DNA from: a virus
Lineage: Duplodnaviria; Caudoviricetes
Length of the DNA stretch: 64,000 nucleotides
Virus record (IMG/VR): IMGVR_UViG_3300042013_000067
Coordinates: 160,001-224,000 of that record
Strand: one strand, 5' to 3'
A program made the position numbers and the translations under genes. The notes below the pieces were generated by a model. That model was not told the origin of the DNA and did not search any database. It was given only the letters and a program-made list of their open reading frames with translations. Below are positions 36,809 through 45,467 of the stretch, one piece after another; the stretch's first letter is position 1, and each line of letters opens with the position of its first letter.

Positions 36809-37795
36809 ATGTCTCGATTTACAGTGTTGTACCACCGCGGTTGCAACGATGGCTTAGCGGCCGCTTGGGCAGCACGCGAGGTTTTGAAGGACCAAGCTAT
36901 CTACCTGCCATATCAATACGGTGATGAGATTCCAGTCGTGTGCTTGGGTACGCATCTGATCCTAGTGGATCTGTCGTTGACCCAAGACCAGATCAGTGAG
37001 ATCTATGATCAGGTCGTGATGTCGATCATGGTTGTGGACCACCATGCCAGTGCTGAGCGGGAGTTGATGGGTCTGGTTACGATGCCGACGTTTGACGCTT
37101 ACCGTGCTGCGATCAACTCACCGACTGGCTACAAAGTCTTCAAACTGTTCGATCAAGAACACTCCGGCGCCGTACTGAGCTGGGCGTTCTTTAATAACGT
37201 CAATACGCTTCGGTCGTACAACGAAGAATGGGTACATCGCATACCCAAGGCTTTGCTGTATATCGAAGACTACGACTTGTGGCGTCATGTCTATCCAGAG
37301 AGCAAAGCAGTTAATGCTTGGCTGATCAACGGCGGCGCCTCAATGGATCGCGTTAGTGACATGATCGACTATAAAGGCGACATTCACGAGAAGGTGCTTG
37401 AACTCGGCAACGCCATGATCAAGTACGACGAGAAGATTGCTCGCAGTGTGATCCGTGACTATGCTGAGGAGTACACATACGGCGACGGCACCATGGTCGT
37501 GATCAATGCACCGCACCACCTGCGAAACATGATCGGTGATCTACTGTCCTCGAAGTATTTGTTCGTGGTCTGTTACACCCGTCGTAAAGACCGGACCATA
37601 TTCAGCCTGCGCTCTCAACACTTTGATGTGAGTCCGATCGCTGAGCAGCATGGTGGCGGTGGGCATCGCAATGCCGCTGCATTCTCGGTACCGAATGCGC
37701 CTAACTACAACCTGCTCGCTCTCATGAGTAAGCCGTCGTTCATGTCTCGCCTGCGCATGGCGTTAACGGTTCTTTTCCCACGGAGATCCAAATGA
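36809..37795 (+). CDS. DHH/DHHA1-family phosphoesterase
   Basis: YHRGCNDG, VDLS, VDHH, SGAVLSW, IEDYDLW, FSLRS, GGGGHRNAAAF. Confidence 0.9.
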   Translation: MSRFTVLYHRGCNDGLAAAWAAREVLKDQAIYLPYQYGDEIPVVCLGTHLILVDLSLTQDQISEIYDQVVMSIMVVDHHASAERELMGLVTMPTFDAYRAAINSPTGYKVFKLFDQEHSGAVLSWAFFNNVNTLRSYNEEWVHRIPKALLYIEDYDLWRHVYPESKAVNAWLINGGASMDRVSDMIDYKGDIHEKVLELGNAMIKYDEKIARSVIRDYAEEYTYGDGTMVVINAPHHLRNMIGDLLSSKYLFVVCYTRRKDRTIFSLRSQHFDVSPIAEQHGGGGHRNAAAFSVPNAPNYNLLALMSKPSFMSRLRMALTVLFPRRSK

Positions 37796-37992
37796 AACAA
37801 GCCCCAAATCAGTTTAATGCGACCCAGTTGTTCCGTGACGGTTGGCCCATCCACACTGAAGTGGTGGTGAACGATGTGAAAGTCATCGTACCCGCTCGGC
37901 CGCTCGGTCTAGATACCATCCCTAACCGCTTCAAGCAAGCGTGGGCTGTGTTTACCGGTAAAGCTGACGCTCTGTACTGGACCGGTCAGTAA
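37792..37992 (+). CDS. Small hypothetical protein (PARPLG...AWAVFTGKADALYW)
   Basis: ATGA overlap; followed by a boundary element. Confidence 0.7.
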   Translation: MKQAPNQFNATQLFRDGWPIHTEVVVNDVKVIVPARPLGLDTIPNRFKQAWAVFTGKADALYWTGQ

Positions 37993-38032
37993 ACGGCATA
38001 GAGGAGCCCACCGAGGCTCCTCGTGTTATTCC
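37990..38032 (+). terminator. Boundary hairpin element
   Basis: TAA-A-CGGCATA-GAGGAGCC-CACCGA-GGCTCCTC-GTGTTATTCC. Confidence 0.7.
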
Positions 38033-38048
38033 CAGTTGTATAGAGGAC

Positions 38049-38056
38049 TATATCAC
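38049..38056 (+). promoter_or_regulatory. Early promoter core TATATCAC
   Basis: Intergenic, directly after a terminator. Confidence 0.65.
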
Positions 38057-38135
38057 CAGAGTGTATTAACTGAAACACCGAACCCCTGAAATGTGGCGTA
38101 GTCACAAACCTCATCAACTATTAAAGGATACACCG

Positions 38136-38531
38136 ATGGCCCGTTACGAAAACGACAGCGTTTACTTCAGTCTGCACACCGCCGACGACATTCGTCTGGA
38201 TCACGTCAAGCGCGATCAGCAAGTAGACATCGACATGATTATCACCGCGGTGGTGCTCACCAACACCGAGGACGACACCAGCGACATGGAGTACGGCTAC
38301 TTCCGTGCCAACCAACTCCAACCTGATGGTACTTGGAAAGAAATGCATGGTGACGACTTCACCTATGCTTTCCAACGGGCACTGCAGCCCCTGATCGAAG
38401 AATCCGGTCGCGCTACATCTGGCCCAATGCCCTGCATGATGCACAGTGAGTTCAAGTACACACACATCCCACTGCACCAAGCACGCAACTACCGCGCCAA
38501 GCTGGCCAGCGCAATCAAAAACAATATCTGA
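38136..38531 (+). CDS. Hypothetical protein
   Basis: AAGGA RBS before ATG 38136. Confidence 0.75.
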   Translation: MARYENDSVYFSLHTADDIRLDHVKRDQQVDIDMIITAVVLTNTEDDTSDMEYGYFRANQLQPDGTWKEMHGDDFTYAFQRALQPLIEESGRATSGPMPCMMHSEFKYTHIPLHQARNYRAKLASAIKNNI

Positions 38532-38576
38532 ATAAAGGGTGTGGGGTTCGTCCCCACACCTACCTAAGGAGTTGGT

Positions 38577-39353
38577 ATGTCATTGTTTAGCTGGTTGGGT
38601 CGTAGTGGATTACCTGTTATTTCTTTTCAAGACCAATGTCGCAATATCCTGAAGAAGGGTGGTCTGCCTTGTTTTTCTTTACGGTGGGTCAGTAATCAGG
38701 AAGACGATTACTTTATTGTTCAGTGTGTCAATGCCGATGGTTCTTATGGTGGTGTTTCCACGAAGGAACTCAGGTCGCCATCGGTAGGTCAACGTGTACT
38801 GCGTGATGAATTCGTAGAGCGCCTAACACTGGTAGACATCGATTCGGTCCTACCGAACAACGGTACTGACGTCCCACGCCTGTATGAACGTGTACACCAG
38901 TTATCCCAACATTTGCCGTACGACGTCAAGGCCTGTGTGCTTACGTTATCAGGTGGTGAGCCAGTATGGGTTAAGGGTGCGTTTAATTTCAATGAGGCCG
39001 GCTTTAGTGCTGAGCGTGCTTACCACGACCCTAACCGCGCTAACGCCATACAGGCTGTGTTCATTCCATGGAGTCTGGTTCCTTACTACAGTGGGACGTT
39101 CTGGTATGAATACGTGCAGGAAAAGGTTGAGGACTATGTCTACTATCCTTGGATGGGTGATCGCATCAGTGATGAGGCCAAGGAACAGCGGGTACAAGAA
39201 CTAACCGACACCATTCGTCGCAACTTGGGTGACGAAACACGTAAGCCTCCGCTGCAACAGCGTTTGGAAAGAAACCTCGAACAACGTAAGCTTCTTGATA
39301 AAGAACTTGCTGAAATTATCCAACTGATGAAGAAACCACATGTACACGAATAA
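38577..39353 (+). CDS. Hypothetical protein
   Basis: AAGGAG RBS; 258 aa. Confidence 0.75.
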   Translation: MSLFSWLGRSGLPVISFQDQCRNILKKGGLPCFSLRWVSNQEDDYFIVQCVNADGSYGGVSTKELRSPSVGQRVLRDEFVERLTLVDIDSVLPNNGTDVPRLYERVHQLSQHLPYDVKACVLTLSGGEPVWVKGAFNFNEAGFSAERAYHDPNRANAIQAVFIPWSLVPYYSGTFWYEYVQEKVEDYVYYPWMGDRISDEAKEQRVQELTDTIRRNLGDETRKPPLQQRLERNLEQRKLLDKELAEIIQLMKKPHVHE

Positions 39354-39822
39354 CCTCGATGTCTGGATTGGTTTACTCTTAGTAGCCAATAGCCCTAACC
39401 GTGTTGTGAAGAAGACCGTGTTAGCATTGATGAAGAACGCACATCCGTACACCGTGCGTGGTATCCTCACTCGTATCTTGAACGCCCGGATGATGGGTAA
39501 AGAAATCGTTAAGGCGGCTCAGGGTCTGGAAGAAACCGATGAAGAGATTCGTAGCTTTGTCCATGACGGCTACGATGGCTTCGTTCAGATCGTCTATGGG
39601 GGTAAGCCTGAGTTCTTCCCATTCCGTATTACCGTTAGTAGTGCTGATGATGAGAAATGGGCGCTGGCTAACGAGAACACGATCCGTCTTACCATCGCTG
39701 ACATTGTGATGCGTAAGATCGGGGTTAAACAACTGACGGCACGGGTATTCCTGTTCAGTGAAGGCGGGTGGTCTGGGCTGCATGAAGATGTTACCGTAAT
39801 CGACGAACATAAGCCGAAGTAG
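39340..39822 (+). CDS. Hypothetical protein
   Basis: Overlaps the previous stop; 160 aa. Confidence 0.7.
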   Translation: MYTNNLDVWIGLLLVANSPNRVVKKTVLALMKNAHPYTVRGILTRILNARMMGKEIVKAAQGLEETDEEIRSFVHDGYDGFVQIVYGGKPEFFPFRITVSSADDEKWALANENTIRLTIADIVMRKIGVKQLTARVFLFSEGGWSGLHEDVTVIDEHKPK

Positions 39823-39877
39823 AGATTTACGGGGTTTGGGTATTATTTGTTGTAATCCCAACCAAAAGGACGACCCC

Positions 39878-40603
39878 ATGTCTCACCGTGAACACATCTT
39901 GGCTTTTATCGGCTCTGAACTTGCTGTAATCCGCACTAATGGCGAAAACACCCCGGAAGCCTTCCGGCACAATGCTTTCACCCCACGCACGGATTACATC
40001 GATAACGTACTGTTCAACAACATGCAGTACGCGACTGAGATTACTTGGCGTGATACCGCTGAGCTCTGGCCGGAAGATGCTGACCCGCTGTTGGTAGCAC
40101 CATGCCGTCACCGTCAAATCCTGCCATATGCACCACTGACCCAGATCGCCGAAGGCATCAAGCGTTATGCGGTCTACCAGCGTGTGAAAGGCATCGGCGA
40201 ATCGCGTCTGTTGCGCGGTCACTCGATCGGTTTCGGTGGCCATCTGACTGGCAAATATGTCCAGTACGACGACCATGGTGGTATCATGGTCAAGCCGTCT
40301 ATCCATGCTGGCCTCAAGGCTGAAATGGGTGAAGAGTGTCACGTCGATATCGATGCACCAGGTGTGCAGGTGATCCCGTGGGGCTACATCAATTCGGTTA
40401 TGTCGCCGGTTGATGCGCTGCACTTCTCCTACGTGGTTGAAGTTCAAGTGCCTGCTGACTACCCCGTACTGGTCAACGAGCAGGGCCTGAGCTTCAAGGG
40501 CTTCTTCACCAAAGAAGAAATCATTCAGATGCACGAAGAGCTGCCGAAAGAAGTTGGTTTCGAAAGCTGGTCGCGTATGCTGATCGAACACGGTCTGCAA
40601 TAA
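39878..40603 (+). CDS. NUDIX-family phosphoesterase (COG4112/YmaB-like)
   Basis: RQILPY...YQRVKGIGESRL...SIGFGGH...LKAEMGEE...GYINSVMSPVDALHF. Confidence 0.75.
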   Translation: MSHREHILAFIGSELAVIRTNGENTPEAFRHNAFTPRTDYIDNVLFNNMQYATEITWRDTAELWPEDADPLLVAPCRHRQILPYAPLTQIAEGIKRYAVYQRVKGIGESRLLRGHSIGFGGHLTGKYVQYDDHGGIMVKPSIHAGLKAEMGEECHVDIDAPGVQVIPWGYINSVMSPVDALHFSYVVEVQVPADYPVLVNEQGLSFKGFFTKEEIIQMHEELPKEVGFESWSRMLIEHGLQ

Positions 40604-40613
40604 TACTACTGAC

Positions 40614-40644
40614 TAGAGCTGGGGCAACCCGGCTCTATTCCGTT
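40614..40644 (+). terminator. GCAA-loop hairpin related to the rtcB-flanking repeats
   Basis: TAGAGCTGGG-GCAA-CCCGGCTCTA-TTCCGTT. Confidence 0.7.
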
Positions 40645-40665
40645 ATTTAGAATGGTGAATTACCC

Positions 40666-41055
40666 ATGGATTATAAGAAGGTCCGTTTCAACAGTGCTAA
40701 GCTGGAGTTCAGGGAAGAGCAACGTGGCTCTCTTACGATCCTCACCGCACGGAATCCAGAACTTAAAGCCGTCGTCAGGACACCGACGTTTGAAAGCCGC
40801 GGCTTTCTCTGTGAGTTCGTCGGTACCAAACACACATATGTCTACCAGGTAGAACCAGTGGGTGATACCGGGATCAATGCGCTGATTGCATTGGCTCAAT
40901 GTTTCTTTGTATCCAAACACTTCGACCATGTCGGTGATTTGGTGCAGCTCTGTTATACCCACTTGGGTGAGATCTATCGACACACGTTCGAGCGTGACCC
41001 TAAGTACGATCAACCTATCCTCATCTACCTCGATCAACTAAATGCTAAGGAATGA
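40666..41055 (+). CDS. Hypothetical protein
   Basis: 129 aa, operon context. Confidence 0.7.
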   Translation: MDYKKVRFNSAKLEFREEQRGSLTILTARNPELKAVVRTPTFESRGFLCEFVGTKHTYVYQVEPVGDTGINALIALAQCFFVSKHFDHVGDLVQLCYTHLGEIYRHTFERDPKYDQPILIYLDQLNAKE

Positions 41056-41507
41056 ACATCATGGATCAAAAGGCCTATAACCGCAAGGTTGTTGAACATC
41101 TCTTCGACCTGCTGGAGACCGCATGCGCCGATCGGTGGCACATGGTGTTCGACATGGTGTTCATCGAGGAGAAGCAACAGCTGGAACAGTTCGCTCAGGA
41201 TAATGTCCTGATCTTGAACTTCCACCCCTTGGCGTGTCGTAACATGCACATCGGTGATGAGTACATCACGGTCAATATGAAGTTGCAGGGCATGCCTATG
41301 CATCTGGTATTGCCATTCACCGCTATCCGCGGGATCCATTTGGAACTGGCCGAAGGTAACATCACTTTCGTGCCAGCTCAAGTGATGGTGATGATCGCCA
41401 TCGATGCACCGACACCCACAGGGGCGCACGATGAACCTAAACCACTGCCAGAGAACGTCATTCAGATGTTCGGCAAGAATCCTAAACCCACCACTAAAGA
41501 GAGCTAA
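41052..41507 (+). CDS. sspB: SspB-like (ClpXP adaptor fold) protein
   Basis: LILNFHPLACRNMHIGDEYITVNMKLQGMPMHLVLPFTAIRGI...EGNITF parallels SspB IVLNIAPRAVGNLELANDEVRFNARFGGIPRQVSVPLAAVLAIYARENGAGTMF; Pro-rich linker and short C-terminal tail. Confidence 0.7.
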   Translation: MNIMDQKAYNRKVVEHLFDLLETACADRWHMVFDMVFIEEKQQLEQFAQDNVLILNFHPLACRNMHIGDEYITVNMKLQGMPMHLVLPFTAIRGIHLELAEGNITFVPAQVMVMIAIDAPTPTGAHDEPKPLPENVIQMFGKNPKPTTKES

Positions 41508-41509
41508 GA

Positions 41510-42934
41510 ATGCGTCAGCTACTTGACCTCATGCAAGATATCCTCGACAACGGGGAACACAAAGACGACCGTACTCAGACTGGCACACTGTCGGTCTTTG
41601 GCCGAATGATGCGTTTCGATATTTCCGGCTTCAAGATACCTTGGGTTACTACCAAGTACGGTCATCCGGAAAGCATCATCCGTGAGCTGAAACTGTTCGT
41701 GAGTGGCACCGGTGAGATTGACTATCTCGCTCAGCACAACATCACCATCTGGGACGAGTGGGTTAAACAAAAATCTCGCGTCTACGCCACATTGACGGTG
41801 GCTGAGCGCTTGGCCAAGGTCAAGAAGAAAGATCGTGAAGCCGTTAACGCCGCTTTCGATCTGTTCCGTGAATCCCTCTACTCGGAAGACGAGGTTGCTG
41901 GTTGGGAACTCATGCCGTTGACTGGCAAGTACCGTGCGCCTGACATCAACGAGCATCTGCACAAGTGGATCGACGAGAACACCGAAGTGTCCCGTCAGAA
42001 GCTGGTCAAGGGTACGCTCGGTGGTGTGTATGGTGTGCAGTGGCGTAACTGGCCGGTCTCGAAAGAAACCCGTTCGTTGTCGCGCCGTAGTGCAGGTCGT
42101 GCGGTGGAAGCGATTGGTCAGTTCGACGAGATCAAGTCGCGCTTTGCTGATCCAACCGACTTCGATCTGTGGCTGCTCAAGGCCACTGGTTCTGAAGTCA
42201 TTACCCCAGAGACTGACGTCGATGACGGCGTGATCGCGGGTTGGTTGGTTGAACACGGTTATGCCCTGACTGAAGACATCACGGTCAGTTCCATCGATCA
42301 GATCGCCAAGGCTATCTACAAGCTGAAGAACGATCCGAACAGCCGTAGCATTATCGTTTCGGCTTGGAACCCGGCTGAACTGGCAGACATGGCTCTGGAG
42401 CCATGCCATACGTTGTTCCAGTTCTACAGTAACAATCTGAACAAGCGTCAGTTGGTGGATGTGATCTGGCGTTCGCCGCTGTTGCGTGTGGCGCTGATGC
42501 AGCTGTTGCCTCCAAACGAAACCGAGCGTGACTATGCGAAAGACGATCTGATCGCTCTGGACATGTCCGTACTGCGTGATTGGGCTGCTGATAAAGGCCT
42601 GCCTACCCGTGGTCTGAGCTGCTCGCTCTATCAAAGATCGGCGGATGTGTTCCTCGGCGTTCCGTTTAACATCTCCAGCTATTCGCTGCTGACCAAGATG
42701 TTTGCTCAGGTCGTGAACATGGAGCCGCTGGAGTTCATCTGGACCGGTGGTGACGTCCACATCTACAACAACCACATGGACCAGGTCAAGCTGCAACTGT
42801 CGCGTGAACCGAAGGAAGGTCCTTCGATTCTGCTAAACGCAGAAGTGACTGAGATCGATCAGTTCGAGTACAAAGACTTCGAGTTGGTCAACTACACCTA
42901 TCACCCGTCTATTCCCGCTCCAAAGGCGGTATAA
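41510..42934 (+). CDS. thyA: Thymidylate synthase ThyA with three large insertions
   Basis: DRTQTGT, IWDEW, YGVQWR, SRSIIVSAWN, MALEPCH, YQRSADVFLGVPFN, GDVHIY. Confidence 0.96.
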   Translation: MRQLLDLMQDILDNGEHKDDRTQTGTLSVFGRMMRFDISGFKIPWVTTKYGHPESIIRELKLFVSGTGEIDYLAQHNITIWDEWVKQKSRVYATLTVAERLAKVKKKDREAVNAAFDLFRESLYSEDEVAGWELMPLTGKYRAPDINEHLHKWIDENTEVSRQKLVKGTLGGVYGVQWRNWPVSKETRSLSRRSAGRAVEAIGQFDEIKSRFADPTDFDLWLLKATGSEVITPETDVDDGVIAGWLVEHGYALTEDITVSSIDQIAKAIYKLKNDPNSRSIIVSAWNPAELADMALEPCHTLFQFYSNNLNKRQLVDVIWRSPLLRVALMQLLPPNETERDYAKDDLIALDMSVLRDWAADKGLPTRGLSCSLYQRSADVFLGVPFNISSYSLLTKMFAQVVNMEPLEFIWTGGDVHIYNNHMDQVKLQLSREPKEGPSILLNAEVTEIDQFEYKDFELVNYTYHPSIPAPKAV

Positions 42935-42939
42935 CCGGT

Positions 42940-42978
42940 AAGGCGTCAGGGGTTCGCCCCTGACGTTTTTCTTTTATT
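42940..42978 (+). terminator. Intrinsic terminator
   Basis: GGCGTCAGGGG-TTCG-CCCCTGACGTT followed by a T-run. Confidence 0.8.
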
Positions 42979-42997
42979 TCGTCTATGAGGTTACAAC

Positions 42998-43318
42998 ATG
43001 GAAATTTCCATTAAGTTACCCGACCCACTCCAGATCGTCAGAGAAGGACTGCTCGAAGAATTAATCAATACAGCTCGTTTCAGTTCCGACTGGGTAATGA
43101 GCAATAAGGAACTCCCCGATGACGTCCGTGAGTTGGTACACTACACGGCTGTTACTGCGGTCAGTAACGTGCTAGACGTTCTAGATGGCAACACGGATCA
43201 GGGACGGTATATACTACTGCCCATGAGTGTGGTCACGGATTTTACCAATGATGTCCCGACTATGACCGGTAACTTGTCGGAAGCCTTCTATGATCTCTAC
43301 GAGCGTATCAACAACTGA
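42998..43318 (+). CDS. FDxIN-family protein, tandem copy 1
   Basis: IKLPDPL...VSNVLDVLDG...YILLP...MTGNLSEAFYDLYERINN*. Confidence 0.8.
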   Translation: MEISIKLPDPLQIVREGLLEELINTARFSSDWVMSNKELPDDVRELVHYTAVTAVSNVLDVLDGNTDQGRYILLPMSVVTDFTNDVPTMTGNLSEAFYDLYERINN

Positions 43319-43326
43319 GGTGTGTC

Positions 43327-43668
43327 ATGCAGGTATACATCGATATCCCTGATCCACTGGACCGATACCGCAAGAAGTTGGTATCACAGATCGCCGATGC
43401 CACTGAAACAGTGGTTGAACGATTGGCACCACTGCCTGAGTCACACGAGCGTGAACTGGTACGTAATGCGGTAACCCACGCTACCAACGCAGTACTGCAA
43501 GTGTTGGACGGTGGGCAAGAGCTCCTTAGTCCGAGTTATGCACCGGGCTATGTGGTACTACCTGTGTCCATGGTTAAGTGTGAAGGTGAACGTCCTAACC
43601 TCGCCGGTGGATTATCCGAGGTATACATGGACCTCTTCGAATACGTCAACGATGGTGATGACGAATGA
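43327..43668 (+). CDS. FDxIN-family protein, tandem copy 2
   Basis: IDIPDPL...TNAVLQVLDG...YVVLP...NLAGGLSEVYMDLFEYVNDGDDE*. Confidence 0.8.
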   Translation: MQVYIDIPDPLDRYRKKLVSQIADATETVVERLAPLPESHERELVRNAVTHATNAVLQVLDGGQELLSPSYAPGYVVLPVSMVKCEGERPNLAGGLSEVYMDLFEYVNDGDDE

Positions 43669-43985
43669 ACCTACGGATTAACTTCCCTGATCCGCTACAC
43701 CAAGCACGGATGCATTTCATCGACGAGGTCTTGGACATTCGTGATGGTGCCATCCAACTGGCCGCAGCGGGTGGTATGGATGGTGAGTACCTAGGCCATG
43801 CTACTTTACTGCTCAACCACACCATCGAAAACATCCTGACTGTAATCGACGGCAACCCAAAGCAGGGTAGCGGTTACTTGATGGTTCCTAACTTCATGAT
43901 CGAGGAGGGTCAGACTTTCCACAACATGGCTGGCGACTTGGCGCAGTGTTTTAATTCACTGTTCGATGTGATCAATTTGAGGTGA
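43665..43985 (+). CDS. FDxIN-family protein, tandem copy 3
   Basis: INFPDPL...IENILTVIDG...YLMVP...NMAGDLAQCFNSLFDVINLR*. Confidence 0.8.
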   Translation: MNLRINFPDPLHQARMHFIDEVLDIRDGAIQLAAAGGMDGEYLGHATLLLNHTIENILTVIDGNPKQGSGYLMVPNFMIEEGQTFHNMAGDLAQCFNSLFDVINLR

Positions 43986-43988
43986 TGT

Positions 43989-44318
43989 ATGGAAAAAGAA
44001 TCCCCACTGGGTATGGCTATTAACAAGGCGGCTGAACGAGCCACCGGTGAGCCAGACCAGATGCATGATCGGCGGGTGGATTTGATTGCCGCTGCTCTCG
44101 ATGTACGGGATGATGTCTACGAAGACGTCATGTTGCAATTCCCACCCGAGCTGCACGAGCCTGTTTGGAAAGCAATCACCGCGGGTGTCGGTGGCACCTT
44201 AGGTATTCTCGACAAGGACTATCTGGTCCTACCGAAGGAGTACCGCGAAGGTGATGTGAATATGGCGGGTGATCTCAAGCAGATCTTCTCCACGATTTAT
44301 GACGACATCAATACCTGA
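43989..44318 (+). CDS. FDxIN-family protein, tandem copy 4
   Basis: VGGTLGILDKDYLVLP...NMAGDLKQIFSTIYDDINT*. Confidence 0.8.
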   Translation: MEKESPLGMAINKAAERATGEPDQMHDRRVDLIAAALDVRDDVYEDVMLQFPPELHEPVWKAITAGVGGTLGILDKDYLVLPKEYREGDVNMAGDLKQIFSTIYDDINT

Positions 44319-44363
44319 CGGCATAAGCCTGCCCTATGGGGCAGGCGTTATGTTCTTTTCTTT
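44316..44363 (+). terminator. Boundary hairpin element
   Basis: TGA-CGGCATAA-GCCTGCCC-TATG-GGGCAGGC-G-TTATGTTC followed by a T-run. Confidence 0.8.
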
Positions 44364-44383
44364 TATGCAGTTTGTTTAACATT

Positions 44384-44391
44384 TATATCAT
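44384..44391 (+). promoter_or_regulatory. Early promoter-like TATATCAT
   Basis: Variant core followed by CCCCGTGTAT (compare CAGAGTGTAT after the 38049 core). Confidence 0.5.
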
Positions 44392-44420
44392 CCCCGTGTA
44401 TCTAACCAAGGAGTTACTCC

Positions 44421-45023
44421 ATGACTATTGCAGAGTTGCGTGATCGTCTCATCAGCAAGATGGGTGCGGTATACCGCTGTAATGATGGTGCACATCAGAT
44501 TCAGCATTTTAATGCAGTTGAGGTGTGTGGTAATGAAATCAACAATCGCTTGAAGTTGGGGTTTGATCCGAAGCTGATAATGTTGGTTGCGTATCTGCAT
44601 GACATGTTTGCGTGGTCGCGGGTCAATCACCACTTGCTGAGCTCGGAGTTTGTACGCACTACGGATTTTGAGCTGTTGGCAGATCTGACTGATGTACAGC
44701 GTTCGATGGTAGCGGCGGGTTGTAAAGAACATCGTGCTTCTTTTACGGGTGAGTTCAGCTGGGCATTCAGTGAGCTGATGAATGCGGCTGATCGTGAACT
44801 GCCTGGGAATGTATCTGCCATGTTGGAGCGTGCGATTCAGTATCGCGTCGATAACCTAGGTTGGACTGATTCGGAAGAATCACGTGCTGCGGTATATGAC
44901 GATGCAGTAGCCCATATCAAAGAGAAGTTTGGTGACGGTGGGTATGCTCGCTATCCAAAAATGTATCTGGAATGCTTTGCTCCTGAATTGGAACAACAGC
45001 GCATCGATATCGCTAACTTGTAA
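44421..45023 (+). CDS. HD-domain phosphohydrolase
   Basis: AHQIQH...VAYLHDMF...NHH...KEHRAS...AADR. Confidence 0.85.
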   Translation: MTIAELRDRLISKMGAVYRCNDGAHQIQHFNAVEVCGNEINNRLKLGFDPKLIMLVAYLHDMFAWSRVNHHLLSSEFVRTTDFELLADLTDVQRSMVAAGCKEHRASFTGEFSWAFSELMNAADRELPGNVSAMLERAIQYRVDNLGWTDSEESRAAVYDDAVAHIKEKFGDGGYARYPKMYLECFAPELEQQRIDIANL

Positions 45024-45039
45024 GGAGGTATATGTAACC

Positions 45040-45387
45040 ATGCGCCCAGTATCTTACGAAGTAAACCAGAAACATGTTGACGAACCTATACCGGGTGATT
45101 ACTGGGACGAGATGTTGGTGCTCTACCACGTGGTGCTTAAGGTACTGCCTAACGGCAATCGGGTTATCGCCGAGCGGGATCGTACTGTGACTGACGGTCA
45201 GCGTCCTGATCTATCCCAAGCTTTCGAGATCACTAAAGCAGACCATCGTAAGAAGGTTACTTACAGCGTCGATAAGCTCGGTTTCGTGGCTTGTGTCACC
45301 ACAGGCAACAAAATAGCGCTAGGTTGGATTACCGAATGGGCTACTGAGTTCGGTGGCCGTTATAAAGAGCTGGCTACTTCAGAATAA
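45040..45387 (+). CDS. Hypothetical protein
   Basis: AAGGAGG upstream; start reassigned to ATG 45040. Confidence 0.7.
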   Translation: MRPVSYEVNQKHVDEPIPGDYWDEMLVLYHVVLKVLPNGNRVIAERDRTVTDGQRPDLSQAFEITKADHRKKVTYSVDKLGFVACVTTGNKIALGWITEWATEFGGRYKELATSE

Positions 45388-45467
45388 CCCTACTTGAGTG
45401 TCACATCTGTGTGGCTACCTATTTGGGGTAGCCGCTTTGTACCACCACTAGCTGAGGCTAATTGTAA

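Noticed and set aside
41519-42796. 425-aa minus-strand ORF opposite thyA (and similar long antisense ORFs across gp181, tmk and rtcB)
   Set aside because: Shadow ORFs produced by codon bias on the coding strand; no motifs or RBS
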